A DNA stretch of 64,000 nt from Candidatus Bathyarchaeota archaeon RBG_16_48_13 (GCA_001775995.1 MEZH01000007.1:188807-252806), one strand, 5' to 3'; shown: positions 17,128 to 27,603, counted from the stretch's first letter. The notes: generated by a model not told the origin, from the letters alone. A program made the numbers and translations.

Positions 17128-18444
17128 CTATATCTTTTGTCCTGGTTCGACTTTCGTTGTTATCTCCTTTACGACGCCGGCTGCGATGGTAGTCCCCATA
17201 TCTCTAACTGCAAATCTGCCAAGCTGGGGTATGTCTGAGAATGCCTCTATTGCTATTGGATGGAGAGGCTCCAGCTTGACTAGGGCGCCGTCACCTGTCT
17301 TAAGGAAGGCGGGTTTTTCCTCTACTACTTGACCGGTCCTTGAATCGATCTTCTTTATGAGTTCTGAGAACTTGCAGGCGACTGTTGCTGTGTGGATGTG
17401 AAGGACCGGGGTATATCCTTGAGCAATAGCCGTTGGATGATGTATCACTATGATTTGACCAATGAATTCTTTCGCAACTGTAGGCGGATTTTTCAGTGGC
17501 CCTGCAACATCGCCCCTATGGATTTCATTCTTGGCTACACCTCTGACGTTGAAGCCTATGTTATCGCCTGGAACAGCTTGGTTGATGCGTACGTGATGGG
17601 TCTCAAGAGATTTGACTTCGCCTTTGACATTGGACGGCATGAAGACTATAGAGTCGCCTTCTTTGACAATGCCTGTTTCGACTCTTCCCACGGGGACCGT
17701 GCCTATTCCGGTGATGGTGTAAACGTCCTGAATTGGAAGCCTCATGGGTTTGTCGATTGGTTTTGGCGGAACTTGAAGCGCATCCAGGGCTTGGATCAAT
17801 GTTGGGCCCTTATACCAAGGCATATTCTCGCTTTGCTTCACCAAGTTATCTCCTAACCATCCGGATATGGGGACGAACGATATCTTACTTGTGTCATATC
17901 CGACGGTCTTAAGGAGTTTATCGATCTCTGCTTTGCACTCATTATATCTTTCTTGGGACCAATTGACAGATGGATCATCCATCTTATTTATTATCACAAC
18001 CATCTGGCCAACACCTACAGTTCGAACCAAGAAAGCGTGTTCTCGAGCCTGACCTCCAGGAGCTATGGCGGTCTCGAACTCTCCTTTCTTCGCGGAGATT
18101 GTCATTAGACTTATGTCTGCCTGACTGGCCCCCGTGATCATATTCTTGATGAAGTCCCTGTGACCCGGGGAATCGATGATGGTGAAGAAGTACTTTGGAG
18201 ATTCGAATTTCCAGAAGGATAGGTCTATCGTGACCCCTCTCTCACGTTCTTCTTTCATCTTGTCCATTATCCAAGCGAATTTGAAAGACTCTCCCAGACC
18301 TGTCTTCTTTGACTCTTCTGAAAGGCTAGCCATGGCTCTCTCGTCTACATAACCTGTGAGGAAAAGGAGATGCCCCATAGTTGTTGATTTCCCATGGTCT
18401 ACGTGACCGTTAACGACGATGTTAAGGTGCGGTTTCTCGCTCAA
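17128..18444 (-). CDS. tuf: Translation elongation factor EF-1alpha (aEF1A)
   Basis: 438 aa with G-domain motifs GHVDHGKST, DSPGHRDF and NKMD. TTG start. Confidence 0.97.
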   Translation of the reverse strand: MSEKPHLNIVVNGHVDHGKSTTMGHLLFLTGYVDERAMASLSEESKKTGLGESFKFAWIMDKMKEERERGVTIDLSFWKFESPKYFFTIIDSPGHRDFIKNMITGASQADISLMTISAKKGEFETAIAPGGQAREHAFLVRTVGVGQMVVIINKMDDPSVNWSQERYNECKAEIDKLLKTVGYDTSKISFVPISGWLGDNLVKQSENMPWYKGPTLIQALDALQVPPKPIDKPMRLPIQDVYTITGIGTVPVGRVETGIVKEGDSIVFMPSNVKGEVKSLETHHVRINQAVPGDNIGFNVRGVAKNEIHRGDVAGPLKNPPTVAKEFIGQIIVIHHPTAIAQGYTPVLHIHTATVACKFSELIKKIDSRTGQVVEEKPAFLKTGDGALVKLEPLHPIAIEAFSDIPQLGRFAVRDMGTTIAAGVVKEITTKVEPGQKI

Positions 18445-18555
18445 CTAATCAAACCTCCAATCAAGTCAGATTGATTGTCTATACCTTATTTGCCTCAACG
18501 TATTTTAATTCTGCTATATTTAACTCTATTCCAGCTGAGATTTCAGAGGAATTAC

Positions 18556-19134
18556 TTACCGCGAAGCCAAAGCGACCCTCTCAGTCTCATCCCTTTTCTG
18601 AACGGCATAGCTTTTTGGGTCCCTAGCTGCAGCATACAGAAGCTCATCTGCCAAACATTCTTCAATTGTCTTTGGGTTATTCAGAGAGGCTTCTCTAGCG
18701 CCATTGGAAATGAATCTCAATGCCAAGTCAACGCGCCTTTGGGCAGAGATGTCTACCGAAATATGATACACGACACCCCCATAGCTTATTCTCGTGGTCT
18801 CCTCAGACGGCGCTGCATTTTCTACGGCTTTCACCAAAATTTCTAATGGGTTCTTCCCTGAACGGAGATTTATTATTTCAAAGGCGTTTTTCACAAAGTT
18901 GATTGCCCGGGCCTTCTTCCCCCCAGCTCGGCCGGGTCTCATCAGCATATTCACCAAACGTTCCGCGATATTGACCTCTGATTTTTTGAAACGCCTGTGC
19001 TCGTGGCGACCTCCACTAGTCGGAATCAATACTGGGTCAAGACAAACATACTTCTTGAGACCAGGATCATTAACCTCTAAGTCGTCAAAGGACCACTTTT
19101 CGAAGAGTCTTATCTCTGCTTTGTATTTGTTCAA
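18556..19134 (-). CDS. rps7: 30S ribosomal protein uS7
   Basis: 192 aa of archaeal S7/S5e type, positioned after uS12. Confidence 0.92.
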   Translation of the reverse strand: MNKYKAEIRLFEKWSFDDLEVNDPGLKKYVCLDPVLIPTSGGRHEHRRFKKSEVNIAERLVNMLMRPGRAGGKKARAINFVKNAFEIINLRSGKNPLEILVKAVENAAPSEETTRISYGGVVYHISVDISAQRRVDLALRFISNGAREASLNNPKTIEECLADELLYAAARDPKSYAVQKRDETERVALASR

Positions 19135-19168
19135 GAGTTTTCACCAGGGCATGATCATGAATGGAAGT

Positions 19169-19564
19169 CTAGCGAACTGGTTTCTCTTTCTTACCAGTGA
19201 TGAGTGATTTCAAAGCCACCCCGTTGACTGAGAGAACTCTATATCTGACGCCGGGAAGGTCACCATATGACTTACTTCTAGGGCCTCCAATCCCCTCGAT
19301 AAGTACTTCATCATGTTCATCAATGAAGTTGAGAGCCCCATCACCAGGTAGAAATGCTGTTACCACTTTACCATTTTTTATCAATTGAAGCCGTACACAT
19401 TTTCTGATGGCAGAGTTAGGCTGACGACTTTCAATTCCCACTTTCTCAAGGACGATACCTCTTCCCAAGGGAGCTCCCCCCAAGGGGTTAGCTTTTATAT
19501 CTAGGCCTAAGAGACGTCTCTTGTAGGTTCTGAGTTTCCAACGGAGACGCTTGTGTTTCTTCAT
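19169..19564 (-). CDS. rps12: 30S ribosomal protein uS12
   Basis: 131 aa from ATG 19564 ([21 protein letters not shown]). A conserved in-frame N-terminal stretch ([13 protein letters not shown]) lies upstream with no canonical start codon; see findings. Confidence 0.9.
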   Translation of the reverse strand: MKKHKRLRWKLRTYKRRLLGLDIKANPLGGAPLGRGIVLEKVGIESRQPNSAIRKCVRLQLIKNGKVVTAFLPGDGALNFIDEHDEVLIEGIGGPRSKSYGDLPGVRYRVLSVNGVALKSLITGKKEKPVR

Positions 19565-19626
19565 AAGCTGTCTCGCAGCGTATTCGCCTCGCGGAGATTT
19601 GACCGTGGATTCCCCCTCCCGAATAT

Positions 19627-19637
19627 CTTTATATAAG
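19627..19637 (-). promoter_or_regulatory. TATA-box-like element CTTATATAAAG upstream of rps12
   Basis: AT-rich TATA-like motif in the nusA-rps12 spacer. Its centre is about 26 nt upstream of position 19606. A similar CTTATAT motif sits upstream of the SRP RNA. Confidence 0.45.
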
Positions 19638-19681
19638 CTCGATAGTTGGAACGACGACCCTTATATATGGTTTTTGCAAAT

Positions 19682-20119
19682 CTATGAAATCACGACGTCA
19701 CTTATCTCGAAATACCTCTTAGCCAAGAAACGTATTCTCTCTACAGTCCGCCCATCTTTTCCTATAGCTACACCTTTGTCCTTTGGCTCAACCGCAATCA
19801 CAGCAATCTTTCTACCATCTGGTCTTACAGTGATACGTACCTCATTTATTCTGGCTGGCGCAAGAGCATTCTTGATGAAGTCTGTGGGCTGTTCATCAAA
19901 TTCAACGATTTCAACGTTTTTGTTGATCATGCGCATGAGGAGTTTTACGTTGTATCCACCTTTTCCTATGGCCAAGCCAACATTTCCAGCTTTGACCACA
20001 TATATGATTCTGTTGGCTTTCTCGTCAATTATGCAGTCTTTGGCAAGGGCACCGGTGACATTCTCGAACAGTGCCATGTACTTGATTTCATCTTCTCTTA
20101 GGAGGATCTTACTGGGCAT
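19682..20119 (-). CDS. nusA: NusA-like KH-domain transcription termination/antitermination protein
   Basis: 145 aa with two KH-like GKGG/GKDG motifs. Conserved position between eL30 and uS12. Confidence 0.85.
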   Translation of the reverse strand: MPSKILLREDEIKYMALFENVTGALAKDCIIDEKANRIIYVVKAGNVGLAIGKGGYNVKLLMRMINKNVEIVEFDEQPTDFIKNALAPARINEVRITVRPDGRKIAVIAVEPKDKGVAIGKDGRTVERIRFLAKRYFEISDVVIS

Positions 20120-20429
20120 TCTGGTCCTCCACGGTCTTCATTATGTCCGAGTCCCCAATCTCCTTCATGACCAAAGCCGCCACGCTATAGGGTTTTCCGC
20201 AAGCGGCACCAAGGTCCATGCCGGATCCTTTGAACATATACAAGGGAACAGTGGAGAGTCTTATGTAATACTCCATATCTTGACGTATCCCTTTGGGACA
20301 ATTGGACGCTAAGATTATCAGTTTAGCTTTGCCAGATCTTGCAGCGTCCAATGCCAATTTGGCACCAAAAAGAACCTTACCCGTCTTGACGGCCATTTTC
20401 AGAGCCTTGTTTACATCAACTTCGACCAA
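20109..20429 (-). CDS. rpl30e: 50S ribosomal protein eL30
   Basis: ORF 20109..20522 overlaps the rpoA end. A TTG at 20429, preceded by GAGG, gives MVEVDVNKALKMAVKTGKVLFG..., typical of L30e. Confidence 0.85.
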   Translation of the reverse strand: MVEVDVNKALKMAVKTGKVLFGAKLALDAARSGKAKLIILASNCPKGIRQDMEYYIRLSTVPLYMFKGSGMDLGAACGKPYSVAALVMKEIGDSDIMKTVEDQNAQ

Positions 20430-20439
20430 ATTAGTCGCC

Positions 20440-23400
20440 TCAATTCTTGTTTTCGTTTTTTGGGACCACGGAGGCCATGTAGAGCTCCACCAAGCCTGTG
20501 CCAACTGGAACGCTTTGCCCAACTATTACGTTTTCAGTTACACCCTTAAGCATGTCGCTCTGTCCTCTTAATGCTGCTTCTATTAGAGATGGTACAGTGA
20601 TTTCAAAAGCGGCTCTAGCTAGTACGCTTGCTTTCTCGCCACTTACACCATGGCGACCTATCTGATGAACCTCACCCATAGAGGTCATGACATCGGCCAC
20701 TAGCATAACGTGCCTTATGTCGACGTCAAGTCCTTGTTCCTCGAGAACGTTCATTGCCTCTCGGATAATGGAATTCCGAGCGGCTTCAATTCCCAATGTC
20801 TCGGCAATTTCATGAATATTGTTCGATACTATGTGGGACGGATCCACTCCTGGGACTTTCATGACTTTCGAAAGGTTTGAGCCATCGGTATATATTACCC
20901 ATTTTCCCTTCTCCTCGACCAAAAGGACCCTCCGGATCCCAGGTATACCCAAAAGGTGGAGCGAGAATACTTTTGAGTAGAGTTTTCCAAGGTTCAGTGC
21001 GGTCTTTGGTCTTATTGTCAGGATGTTCTCATTCAGAGACGTTTCGCAATCAGGAATCTTTATTATCTCCCTTATCTTCTCCGCCGTGAGCCCTCTGTCT
21101 TTGAGCATTGAATCATCTAGCTCTACAGTCACCGCAACGTCCATAGGGTCTATGAAGATCTTTTTGGCCACGTCTTCAACTGAAGTATATATGACTCTCT
21201 GAGCTACTTCCGTTGCTTTTTCTTTGCTAACCTGATGTTCCTTATCAAGGCTAATCGTCATGACTGGTGTGGAAGGGTTTCTTCGAGCATCAACAATCTC
21301 TATGAGTCTTGGCAAACCCAATGTAACGTTTCTCTCCTTGACGCCCGCATAGTGAAATGTTCTGAGCGTCATTTGGGTTCCAGGTTCACCTATGGATTGA
21401 GCGGCTACTACTCCCACTGCCTCACCGGGTTCAACTAAGGCTTTTCTGTAATTTTCAGCGGCTAATTCTATTATGTTGTCGATTTTTTTCTTCTCAAAAT
21501 TGGCTTCGGAGAGCCCTTTTTCAAGCTCGGATAATAGAGAGACTGGAAGTTTTTCTCTGTAAACATCGAGCTTCTTTGTTATATAGCTCTTATCTGACAT
21601 TCCCTCTTCTTTAGCATCAATCTTGAAGATGTCGATTAGCCGTTCGACATTGACTGCCTTACCATGATCACTCTTCGCTGGGTCCACACCATCCTCGCCG
21701 TATACCAGTTGTATTATATTGCCTTTGGAATCTCTGATCGTCCCATCATATTCTGCCTTAAGGTGCTCCAGCGCATTTATGAGCCTTCTCTGCATGTAGC
21801 CACTCTGCTGAGTTCTCACAGCGGTGTCCACTAGCCCTTCTCTGCCGCCCATAGCGTGGAAAAAGAATTCTATGGGATTCAACCCGTCTCTATAGCTAGT
21901 GTAGACGAAACCTCTAGCCTTTGGACTAGGGTCGCCTGGCAAAAAGTAGGATAAAGCTCGGTCTCGATATCCTCTAAGAATTCTCTTCCCCCGGACTGCT
22001 TGTTGGCCTATGCAGGCTGTCATCTGACCGATGTTCAAGCTAGAACCGCGAGCCCCGCTACGAGTCATTATGACGCCTTCATTGTCTATAGTGAAGTATT
22101 TGTCCGCAACATCGCCCGATTTATCTCGGGTGGTTGCCAGTTCGTTCATTATGAAAATCTCTAAGGATTCATCAATAGACCTTCCGGGCAATCTTTGGAG
22201 TGTCCTTGACTTATACTTCTCTATAAGATCTTGGACCTTAGTTTCAGAATTGGATATGACTTTGTCGATCTTCTTTCTCGCCTCCTTAGAGAGATCCAAT
22301 TCACCCAAGGAATAGGTGAATCCTCTCATGGTAATGAAGGCGGTAGCTAGTCTGCAAATCGAGTTCAAAAATTTCCGGGCTTCTTCCGATCCATAATCCT
22401 TGACTATCCTGTGATATATGCTGTCGGATTTCTCGGCACCAATGGAGTTCTTGTCTATTCTCCCCATTTCGAGGAGACCATTTTTGATTATCACCGGCGA
22501 CGTCTCAGATCTTTGGACATAATTGAAATCCTTCGGAATGAAGCAACTAAAAAGCTGCCGTCCACTCCACATCGGCTGGGGGTCTTTGACAACCGGTTCA
22601 GGCAGTTCTCCTTGATAGTCAGCGGCGGTGAGAAGATTACAGACTACCTCTTTCGGCAGCAGAGTCTCATCTGAAGTCAGTATGAAAGAGGAACTGAGGA
22701 AATCCCTGATCGCGCCAATAATTGGCCCACCGTAACGAGGAGAAAGAATCTGATCCTGAACCAACATCAATATTCTAGCTTCTGTTTGGGCTTCTTCACT
22801 TTGCGGGATGTGTAGATTCATCTCATCCCCGTCAAAGTCTGCGTTGTACGGTGGACAGACAGATAAATGCAAACGGAAGGTTTTGTAGGGAAGAACTCTA
22901 ACCCGATGCGCCATTATGGACATCCGGTGTAGCGATGGTTGTCGATTAAAAACCGCTATGTCGCCGTCCTTCAAATGCCTCTCCACGACAAAGCCGTATT
23001 GGAGGGTTTCGGCCAATTTGTCCCGCTCGGACACGAATTCCAGTCTAATACGTTTTCCGTCGGGTCGCAGAATGTAGAGAGCGCCGGGATATTTCTCAGG
23101 CCCATTCAAAATATATTGTCTCAGTTCTTCCATGTTCCAAGTGGCAACCTTCTCAGGAACTGTAAGGCGCATAGCGACATCTAATGGTACTCCCACTTCG
23201 TTAATGTCTATGTTTGGATCGGGGGATATTACGGTTCGTGCAGAGAAGTCGACTCGTTTTCCGGAGAGATTGCTTCTAAAACGTCCTTCTTTTCCTTTCA
23301 AGCGTTGTGAAATTGTCTTCAAAGCCCGTCCTGAGCGGTGACGGGCTGGAGGTATACCAGATGCTTCATTATCAAAGTAGGTCGTGACATGATATTGTAA

Positions 23401-24222
23401 GAGCTCCGAAAGATCCTGAATTATCAAGGTTGGTGCTCCAGCGTCGATATTCTCTCTCAGTCTCTGGTTGATTCGAATTATGTCAACCAACTTATGCGTC
23501 AAATCATCCTCGGATCTGATTCCAGATTCCAGAGTTATTGATGGTCTAACGTAGACAGGTGGTACAGGAAGGACCTGTAGGACCATCCATTCAGGCCTGG
23601 CTGCATTGGGTTCTATGCCGAAAAGGATGAGGTCATTCACGCTGATCCTTTCAAGCCGCTCCCGAATCATAGCTGGAATGAGGCGCATCGCGCCTCCGCC
23701 CTCAAGGATCTCGTGAAATGTTGTAGGTTTGCTGAATTCGATCTTGTATTGTCTGGCACCGCAATAGTAGCATTCCGTGTTCTTCTTGGCTTCCTTGACA
23801 ACTGATACATAGAAACTGTCAGTAATGTACCCCATTATTCTTTTCTCTTCTTCAGCTTGGCCTAGGAACTCCTTGACCCTTTCTTCGCTTAGAAGAACTC
23901 TACCACAGTCTCTACATGTACTAGATAGCAAGTCATGGATTTTCTTGGCAAAAGCGACATGAACAACGGGAGCAGCCAACTCGATATAGCCAAAGTGACC
24001 AGGACACCGAGCTGCAGTATTCCCACATGTCTTACATCTCTGGCGTGGCTCTAATGTCCCCAATCGCCCATCCATAAGACCTGATGTTATAGGAGCTCCG
24101 TCTTCATCGTACGTATCTGCCGTCTGTATCTCCACAACCGCAAGTTTTCGGATCTCCTGAGGAGAGAGAACCTTGAACCCTATGCCATCGATTTGCTTAT
24201 AATAGCCTTCTTCTGCCGACAT
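20440..24222 (-). CDS. rpoA: DNA-directed RNA polymerase subunit A, with A' and A'' encoded as one unsplit 1260-aa ORF
   Basis: N-terminal zinc motifs, NADFDGDEMNLH, then uninterrupted reading through the usual A'/A'' boundary (..DAKEEG-MSDKSYITKKL.. near 21600) into VEPGEAVGVVAAQSIGEPGTQMTLRTFHYAGV. Confidence 0.95.
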   Translation of the reverse strand: MSAEEGYYKQIDGIGFKVLSPQEIRKLAVVEIQTADTYDEDGAPITSGLMDGRLGTLEPRQRCKTCGNTAARCPGHFGYIELAAPVVHVAFAKKIHDLLSSTCRDCGRVLLSEERVKEFLGQAEEEKRIMGYITDSFYVSVVKEAKKNTECYYCGARQYKIEFSKPTTFHEILEGGGAMRLIPAMIRERLERISVNDLILFGIEPNAARPEWMVLQVLPVPPVYVRPSITLESGIRSEDDLTHKLVDIIRINQRLRENIDAGAPTLIIQDLSELLQYHVTTYFDNEASGIPPARHRSGRALKTISQRLKGKEGRFRSNLSGKRVDFSARTVISPDPNIDINEVGVPLDVAMRLTVPEKVATWNMEELRQYILNGPEKYPGALYILRPDGKRIRLEFVSERDKLAETLQYGFVVERHLKDGDIAVFNRQPSLHRMSIMAHRVRVLPYKTFRLHLSVCPPYNADFDGDEMNLHIPQSEEAQTEARILMLVQDQILSPRYGGPIIGAIRDFLSSSFILTSDETLLPKEVVCNLLTAADYQGELPEPVVKDPQPMWSGRQLFSCFIPKDFNYVQRSETSPVIIKNGLLEMGRIDKNSIGAEKSDSIYHRIVKDYGSEEARKFLNSICRLATAFITMRGFTYSLGELDLSKEARKKIDKVISNSETKVQDLIEKYKSRTLQRLPGRSIDESLEIFIMNELATTRDKSGDVADKYFTIDNEGVIMTRSGARGSSLNIGQMTACIGQQAVRGKRILRGYRDRALSYFLPGDPSPKARGFVYTSYRDGLNPIEFFFHAMGGREGLVDTAVRTQQSGYMQRRLINALEHLKAEYDGTIRDSKGNIIQLVYGEDGVDPAKSDHGKAVNVERLIDIFKIDAKEEGMSDKSYITKKLDVYREKLPVSLLSELEKGLSEANFEKKKIDNIIELAAENYRKALVEPGEAVGVVAAQSIGEPGTQMTLRTFHYAGVKERNVTLGLPRLIEIVDARRNPSTPVMTISLDKEHQVSKEKATEVAQRVIYTSVEDVAKKIFIDPMDVAVTVELDDSMLKDRGLTAEKIREIIKIPDCETSLNENILTIRPKTALNLGKLYSKVFSLHLLGIPGIRRVLLVEEKGKWVIYTDGSNLSKVMKVPGVDPSHIVSNNIHEIAETLGIEAARNSIIREAMNVLEEQGLDVDIRHVMLVADVMTSMGEVHQIGRHGVSGEKASVLARAAFEITVPSLIEAALRGQSDMLKGVTENVIVGQSVPVGTGLVELYMASVVPKNENKN

Positions 24223-27200
24223 CTAGGCTCGCTCCTTTAGTTTTATCTTGGAAGCAACACACAGGCTCATCATCTCTTGGATGAGGAGTTTGAATGCATA
24301 TGAAACAGCTACCGTCGATATATGAGCATCTTCTCCACATACTTTGCACACATATTTTCTCTGCTTGAGATCGAAGTATGAAAGGTAGCCACAACGTTCG
24401 CAGACATATATTATGCTCTTATCCGATTCTTCTAGCAAGCGGTCTTTAAGGAGCATTGCTGCACCATGTCCTATCAAACAATCTCGTTCCATTTCTCCAA
24501 ATCGAAGACCACCGCCTCGAGCCCTACCCTCCGTGGGTTGTCGGGTTAGCATTTGGACTTGGCCCCTAGCCCTTGCGTGCATCTTGTCAGCTACCATATG
24601 GTGGAGTTTCTGATAGTAGACAACACCAATAAAAATGTCGGCAACGAATTTCTCTCCGGTCATACCATTGTACATTACTTCGCGCCCGTCAGGTTGGAAT
24701 CCCATTGCCCTGAGCGTCTCTCTTATTTGATCCTGTTTCTTATGGTTGAAGGGCGTCCCGTCTTCGAACTGCCCATGGAGCAATGCGTTCTTACCGGCTA
24801 GCGATTCTATAAAATGCCCGATGGTCATACGTGACGGAATAGCGTGAGGATTGATTACTATATCTGGAACTATGCCTTGTTCCGTGAAAGGCATGTCCTC
24901 TTGAGTTATTACCATTCCCACAACGCCTTTCTGTCCATGTCTAGAGGCGAACTTGTCTCCAAGCTCTGGGATCCTTTGATCTCTCACTTTGACCTTAACC
25001 AATTTATTTCCTTGAGAAGTCTCGCTTATGAAGACGGAATCAACAACTCCAGCCTCTGCTGGCCTCATGCTGACGGAAGTGTCCCTTCTAGTTGGACCTC
25101 TGACTTCGAACTCCTTATATTCTTCTAGAAATCTTGGAGGACTGGTTCTGCCAATAAGGACATCGCCGCCATTAGTCTGAGCCTCTGGGCTGACTATCCC
25201 ATCTTCTTCCAAAAGACGGTAGAATTGTTCTCCGCGAAAACCTCTGATTCCGGGTTCGGGTAATTCGAATTTGTCTTTAAGACCACCAAGATAATGTTGG
25301 CACTCGGCTTCATAAACTCTAAAAAAGGATGACCTGAAAAGTCCACGTTCTATCGATGATTTGTTGAAAACCAGCGCATCTTCCATATTATATCCTTGAA
25401 AGGACAAAACTGCGACAACGGCATTCTGACCTGATGGACGATCATTATAGCCTATTAGCTCCATAGGCTTGGTCTTAACAACTGGCTTCTGCGGATAGTG
25501 AAGGAGGTGAGCTCTGGAATCAACCCTATTTGAGAAGTTAGTAGAAAAAATGCCTAAAGCCTGTTTGGCCATAGCCGCTTCATAGGAATTCCTTGGGGAC
25601 TGATTGTGCTCAGCAAACGGAATTATCGACGTGCATATTCCCAAGACTGAGTAGGGCGCGATCTCCAGATGGGTATGTTCAGAAGTTAGTTCATTTAGGT
25701 CCAGAGCGATATATGCGTTCTCTTCCTCGTCTGAATCCAAATATTCTATTATACCATTCTTCACGAGATCGTCCCATTTCCATTCTTCTGCCGAGATTCT
25801 ATCCAAATGTTCCTTCATTAGTCTGGGTATGCCCTTGTCAACTATTATTACTGGCCGCTTGACTCGCCCGGCATCACAGTTTATGTAGATTTCACGACAT
25901 ATGCCGATTTCGTTGTTCAAGTAATGCACGAAGTTGACCTCAGAGCTTAAGTCGCCCTTTCGCCTCTTTTCTTTCAGACTTGAGATTATCATGTCAGAGT
26001 TATTCGAGTATCCTACCAATGATCCATCTATGAAAATCTTGGCATAGTCTCGTTTCATCTCTGTGTTTACTGATTCACTCGGAACCATTCCCAGCTGAAA
26101 GAGGAATTGCCTGATCTCTGAGGAATCAGTCGCGACTGACGTGGAAGCCATAAGGGCCAAATTCTTTACCAACCCGCAGTTCGATCCCTCAGGTGTCTCA
26201 TTGGGGCAGAGTCTACCCAAGTGGGTTGGGTGCAGATCTCTAGCCTCGAAGTTAGGCTGGCTTCGGCTAAGTGGTGATTGAAGACGCCTCAAGTGGCTCA
26301 AAGTTGAAAGGTAGTTCGTTCTATCCAAGAGTTGAGTTGTGCCAACCTTGCCTCGCCCCCAGTTACCCGTCGCCAAGGCATGTTGTATTCTCTCGGTGAT
26401 TATGCTGGGCCTAACTGCGACCGCTACAACTACGCCTTCCCTTTTCCTTACGTTCATTCTCTCCAGTTGGTATTTGATATCTCGACAGAGATTGCGAAAG
26501 GCCATTCTGAATAGGTCCGCTACGAGAGAACCAGCTAATTTAAGCCGCTTATTGGCGTAGTGATCCTTGTCATCCTCTTTTCTAAGACCCAATTTCAATT
26601 CTATAGCCCTTGCGGCCATCTCACCCAAGAAGATAGCTTTTTCTCGACGTTTTTCGGTAACACGCCCTATATGAGAAAGGAAATTTCTATCTATTATTGA
26701 TTCGGCTTTTTTGAATCGGTATTCCTCGACTTGACCATGTGCCACCCTATTTCCAATGTACAATATCGCGTCTTTAACGTTGTTAATGCCAAGTGCTTTC
26801 TCGAAAGATATCTCAAGTTGATCCTGTATTCTAGAGTCGGAGGAGACAAGTTCGACCAATTCTTTATCCGATTCCATTCCGAGGGATCTCATCAGAACTA
26901 TCAGCGGAATCTCAGTCGGAACTCCCGGCATATTCACGTACAACCCACCATCGGACTTGAAGCTCAGTTCTATCCTTGCTCTAAACCCAACAGTGGTAGA
27001 GAAGACCTTTGATCTATATGCGGGTTGAGTTCCGCTGTCATCAATATCCACTAATATCCTGTTTGGTGCTAGATCCTCCAATGCAACTATGACTCTTTCC
27101 GAACCGTTGACCGCAAAGTATCCACCGCAATCGTTTGGATCCTCACCATTTTCTATGAGCTCTTGGTTGGACATCTTCGAGAGAGGACATATGTTTGATT

Positions 27201-27603
27201 TCAGCATCACCGGGATGTCACCAATATAGACAGATTCAGCCATGCTCTCTTTTCCATCAACTATTATTGACAAGTTGATGTATACAGGGGCTGCATACGT
27301 CAGATTCCGAAGCCTTGCTTCCATTGGATATATAGGATGTTCAGAGCCGTCAACCTCGATGACTCTGGGCTTGAGGACTTCTATTTCGCCCAATTTGATC
27401 TTGTAAGAATACTCAGGTATCTCAATTGGAATCTCGCCTATTTCATTGACTATCTCCTGGAGGCCATATTCCAGAAAATGATTATAGGAGTCCAAATGCT
27501 GTTTAACAAGACCCTTCTCTTTCAGAAAAGACTTCATCAATATCCACATATTGCGATCAAATGCAGATGATGACATAGCGTTACCTCGAATGGATTCAAC
27601 CAT
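24223..27603 (-). CDS. rpoB: DNA-directed RNA polymerase subunit B (unsplit)
   Basis: 1126 aa with conserved Rpb2 motifs (GDKFASRHGQKGV, GEMERDCLIGHGA) and a C-terminal zinc ribbon. The ATG overlaps the rpoH stop. Confidence 0.97.
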   Translation of the reverse strand: MVESIRGNAMSSSAFDRNMWILMKSFLKEKGLVKQHLDSYNHFLEYGLQEIVNEIGEIPIEIPEYSYKIKLGEIEVLKPRVIEVDGSEHPIYPMEARLRNLTYAAPVYINLSIIVDGKESMAESVYIGDIPVMLKSNICPLSKMSNQELIENGEDPNDCGGYFAVNGSERVIVALEDLAPNRILVDIDDSGTQPAYRSKVFSTTVGFRARIELSFKSDGGLYVNMPGVPTEIPLIVLMRSLGMESDKELVELVSSDSRIQDQLEISFEKALGINNVKDAILYIGNRVAHGQVEEYRFKKAESIIDRNFLSHIGRVTEKRREKAIFLGEMAARAIELKLGLRKEDDKDHYANKRLKLAGSLVADLFRMAFRNLCRDIKYQLERMNVRKREGVVVAVAVRPSIITERIQHALATGNWGRGKVGTTQLLDRTNYLSTLSHLRRLQSPLSRSQPNFEARDLHPTHLGRLCPNETPEGSNCGLVKNLALMASTSVATDSSEIRQFLFQLGMVPSESVNTEMKRDYAKIFIDGSLVGYSNNSDMIISSLKEKRRKGDLSSEVNFVHYLNNEIGICREIYINCDAGRVKRPVIIVDKGIPRLMKEHLDRISAEEWKWDDLVKNGIIEYLDSDEEENAYIALDLNELTSEHTHLEIAPYSVLGICTSIIPFAEHNQSPRNSYEAAMAKQALGIFSTNFSNRVDSRAHLLHYPQKPVVKTKPMELIGYNDRPSGQNAVVAVLSFQGYNMEDALVFNKSSIERGLFRSSFFRVYEAECQHYLGGLKDKFELPEPGIRGFRGEQFYRLLEEDGIVSPEAQTNGGDVLIGRTSPPRFLEEYKEFEVRGPTRRDTSVSMRPAEAGVVDSVFISETSQGNKLVKVKVRDQRIPELGDKFASRHGQKGVVGMVITQEDMPFTEQGIVPDIVINPHAIPSRMTIGHFIESLAGKNALLHGQFEDGTPFNHKKQDQIRETLRAMGFQPDGREVMYNGMTGEKFVADIFIGVVYYQKLHHMVADKMHARARGQVQMLTRQPTEGRARGGGLRFGEMERDCLIGHGAAMLLKDRLLEESDKSIIYVCERCGYLSYFDLKQRKYVCKVCGEDAHISTVAVSYAFKLLIQEMMSLCVASKIKLKERA

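Noticed and set aside
19551-20312. 253-aa plus-strand ORF
   Set aside because: It lies antisense to the nusA, rpl30e and rps12 starts, whose own translations are unmistakable.
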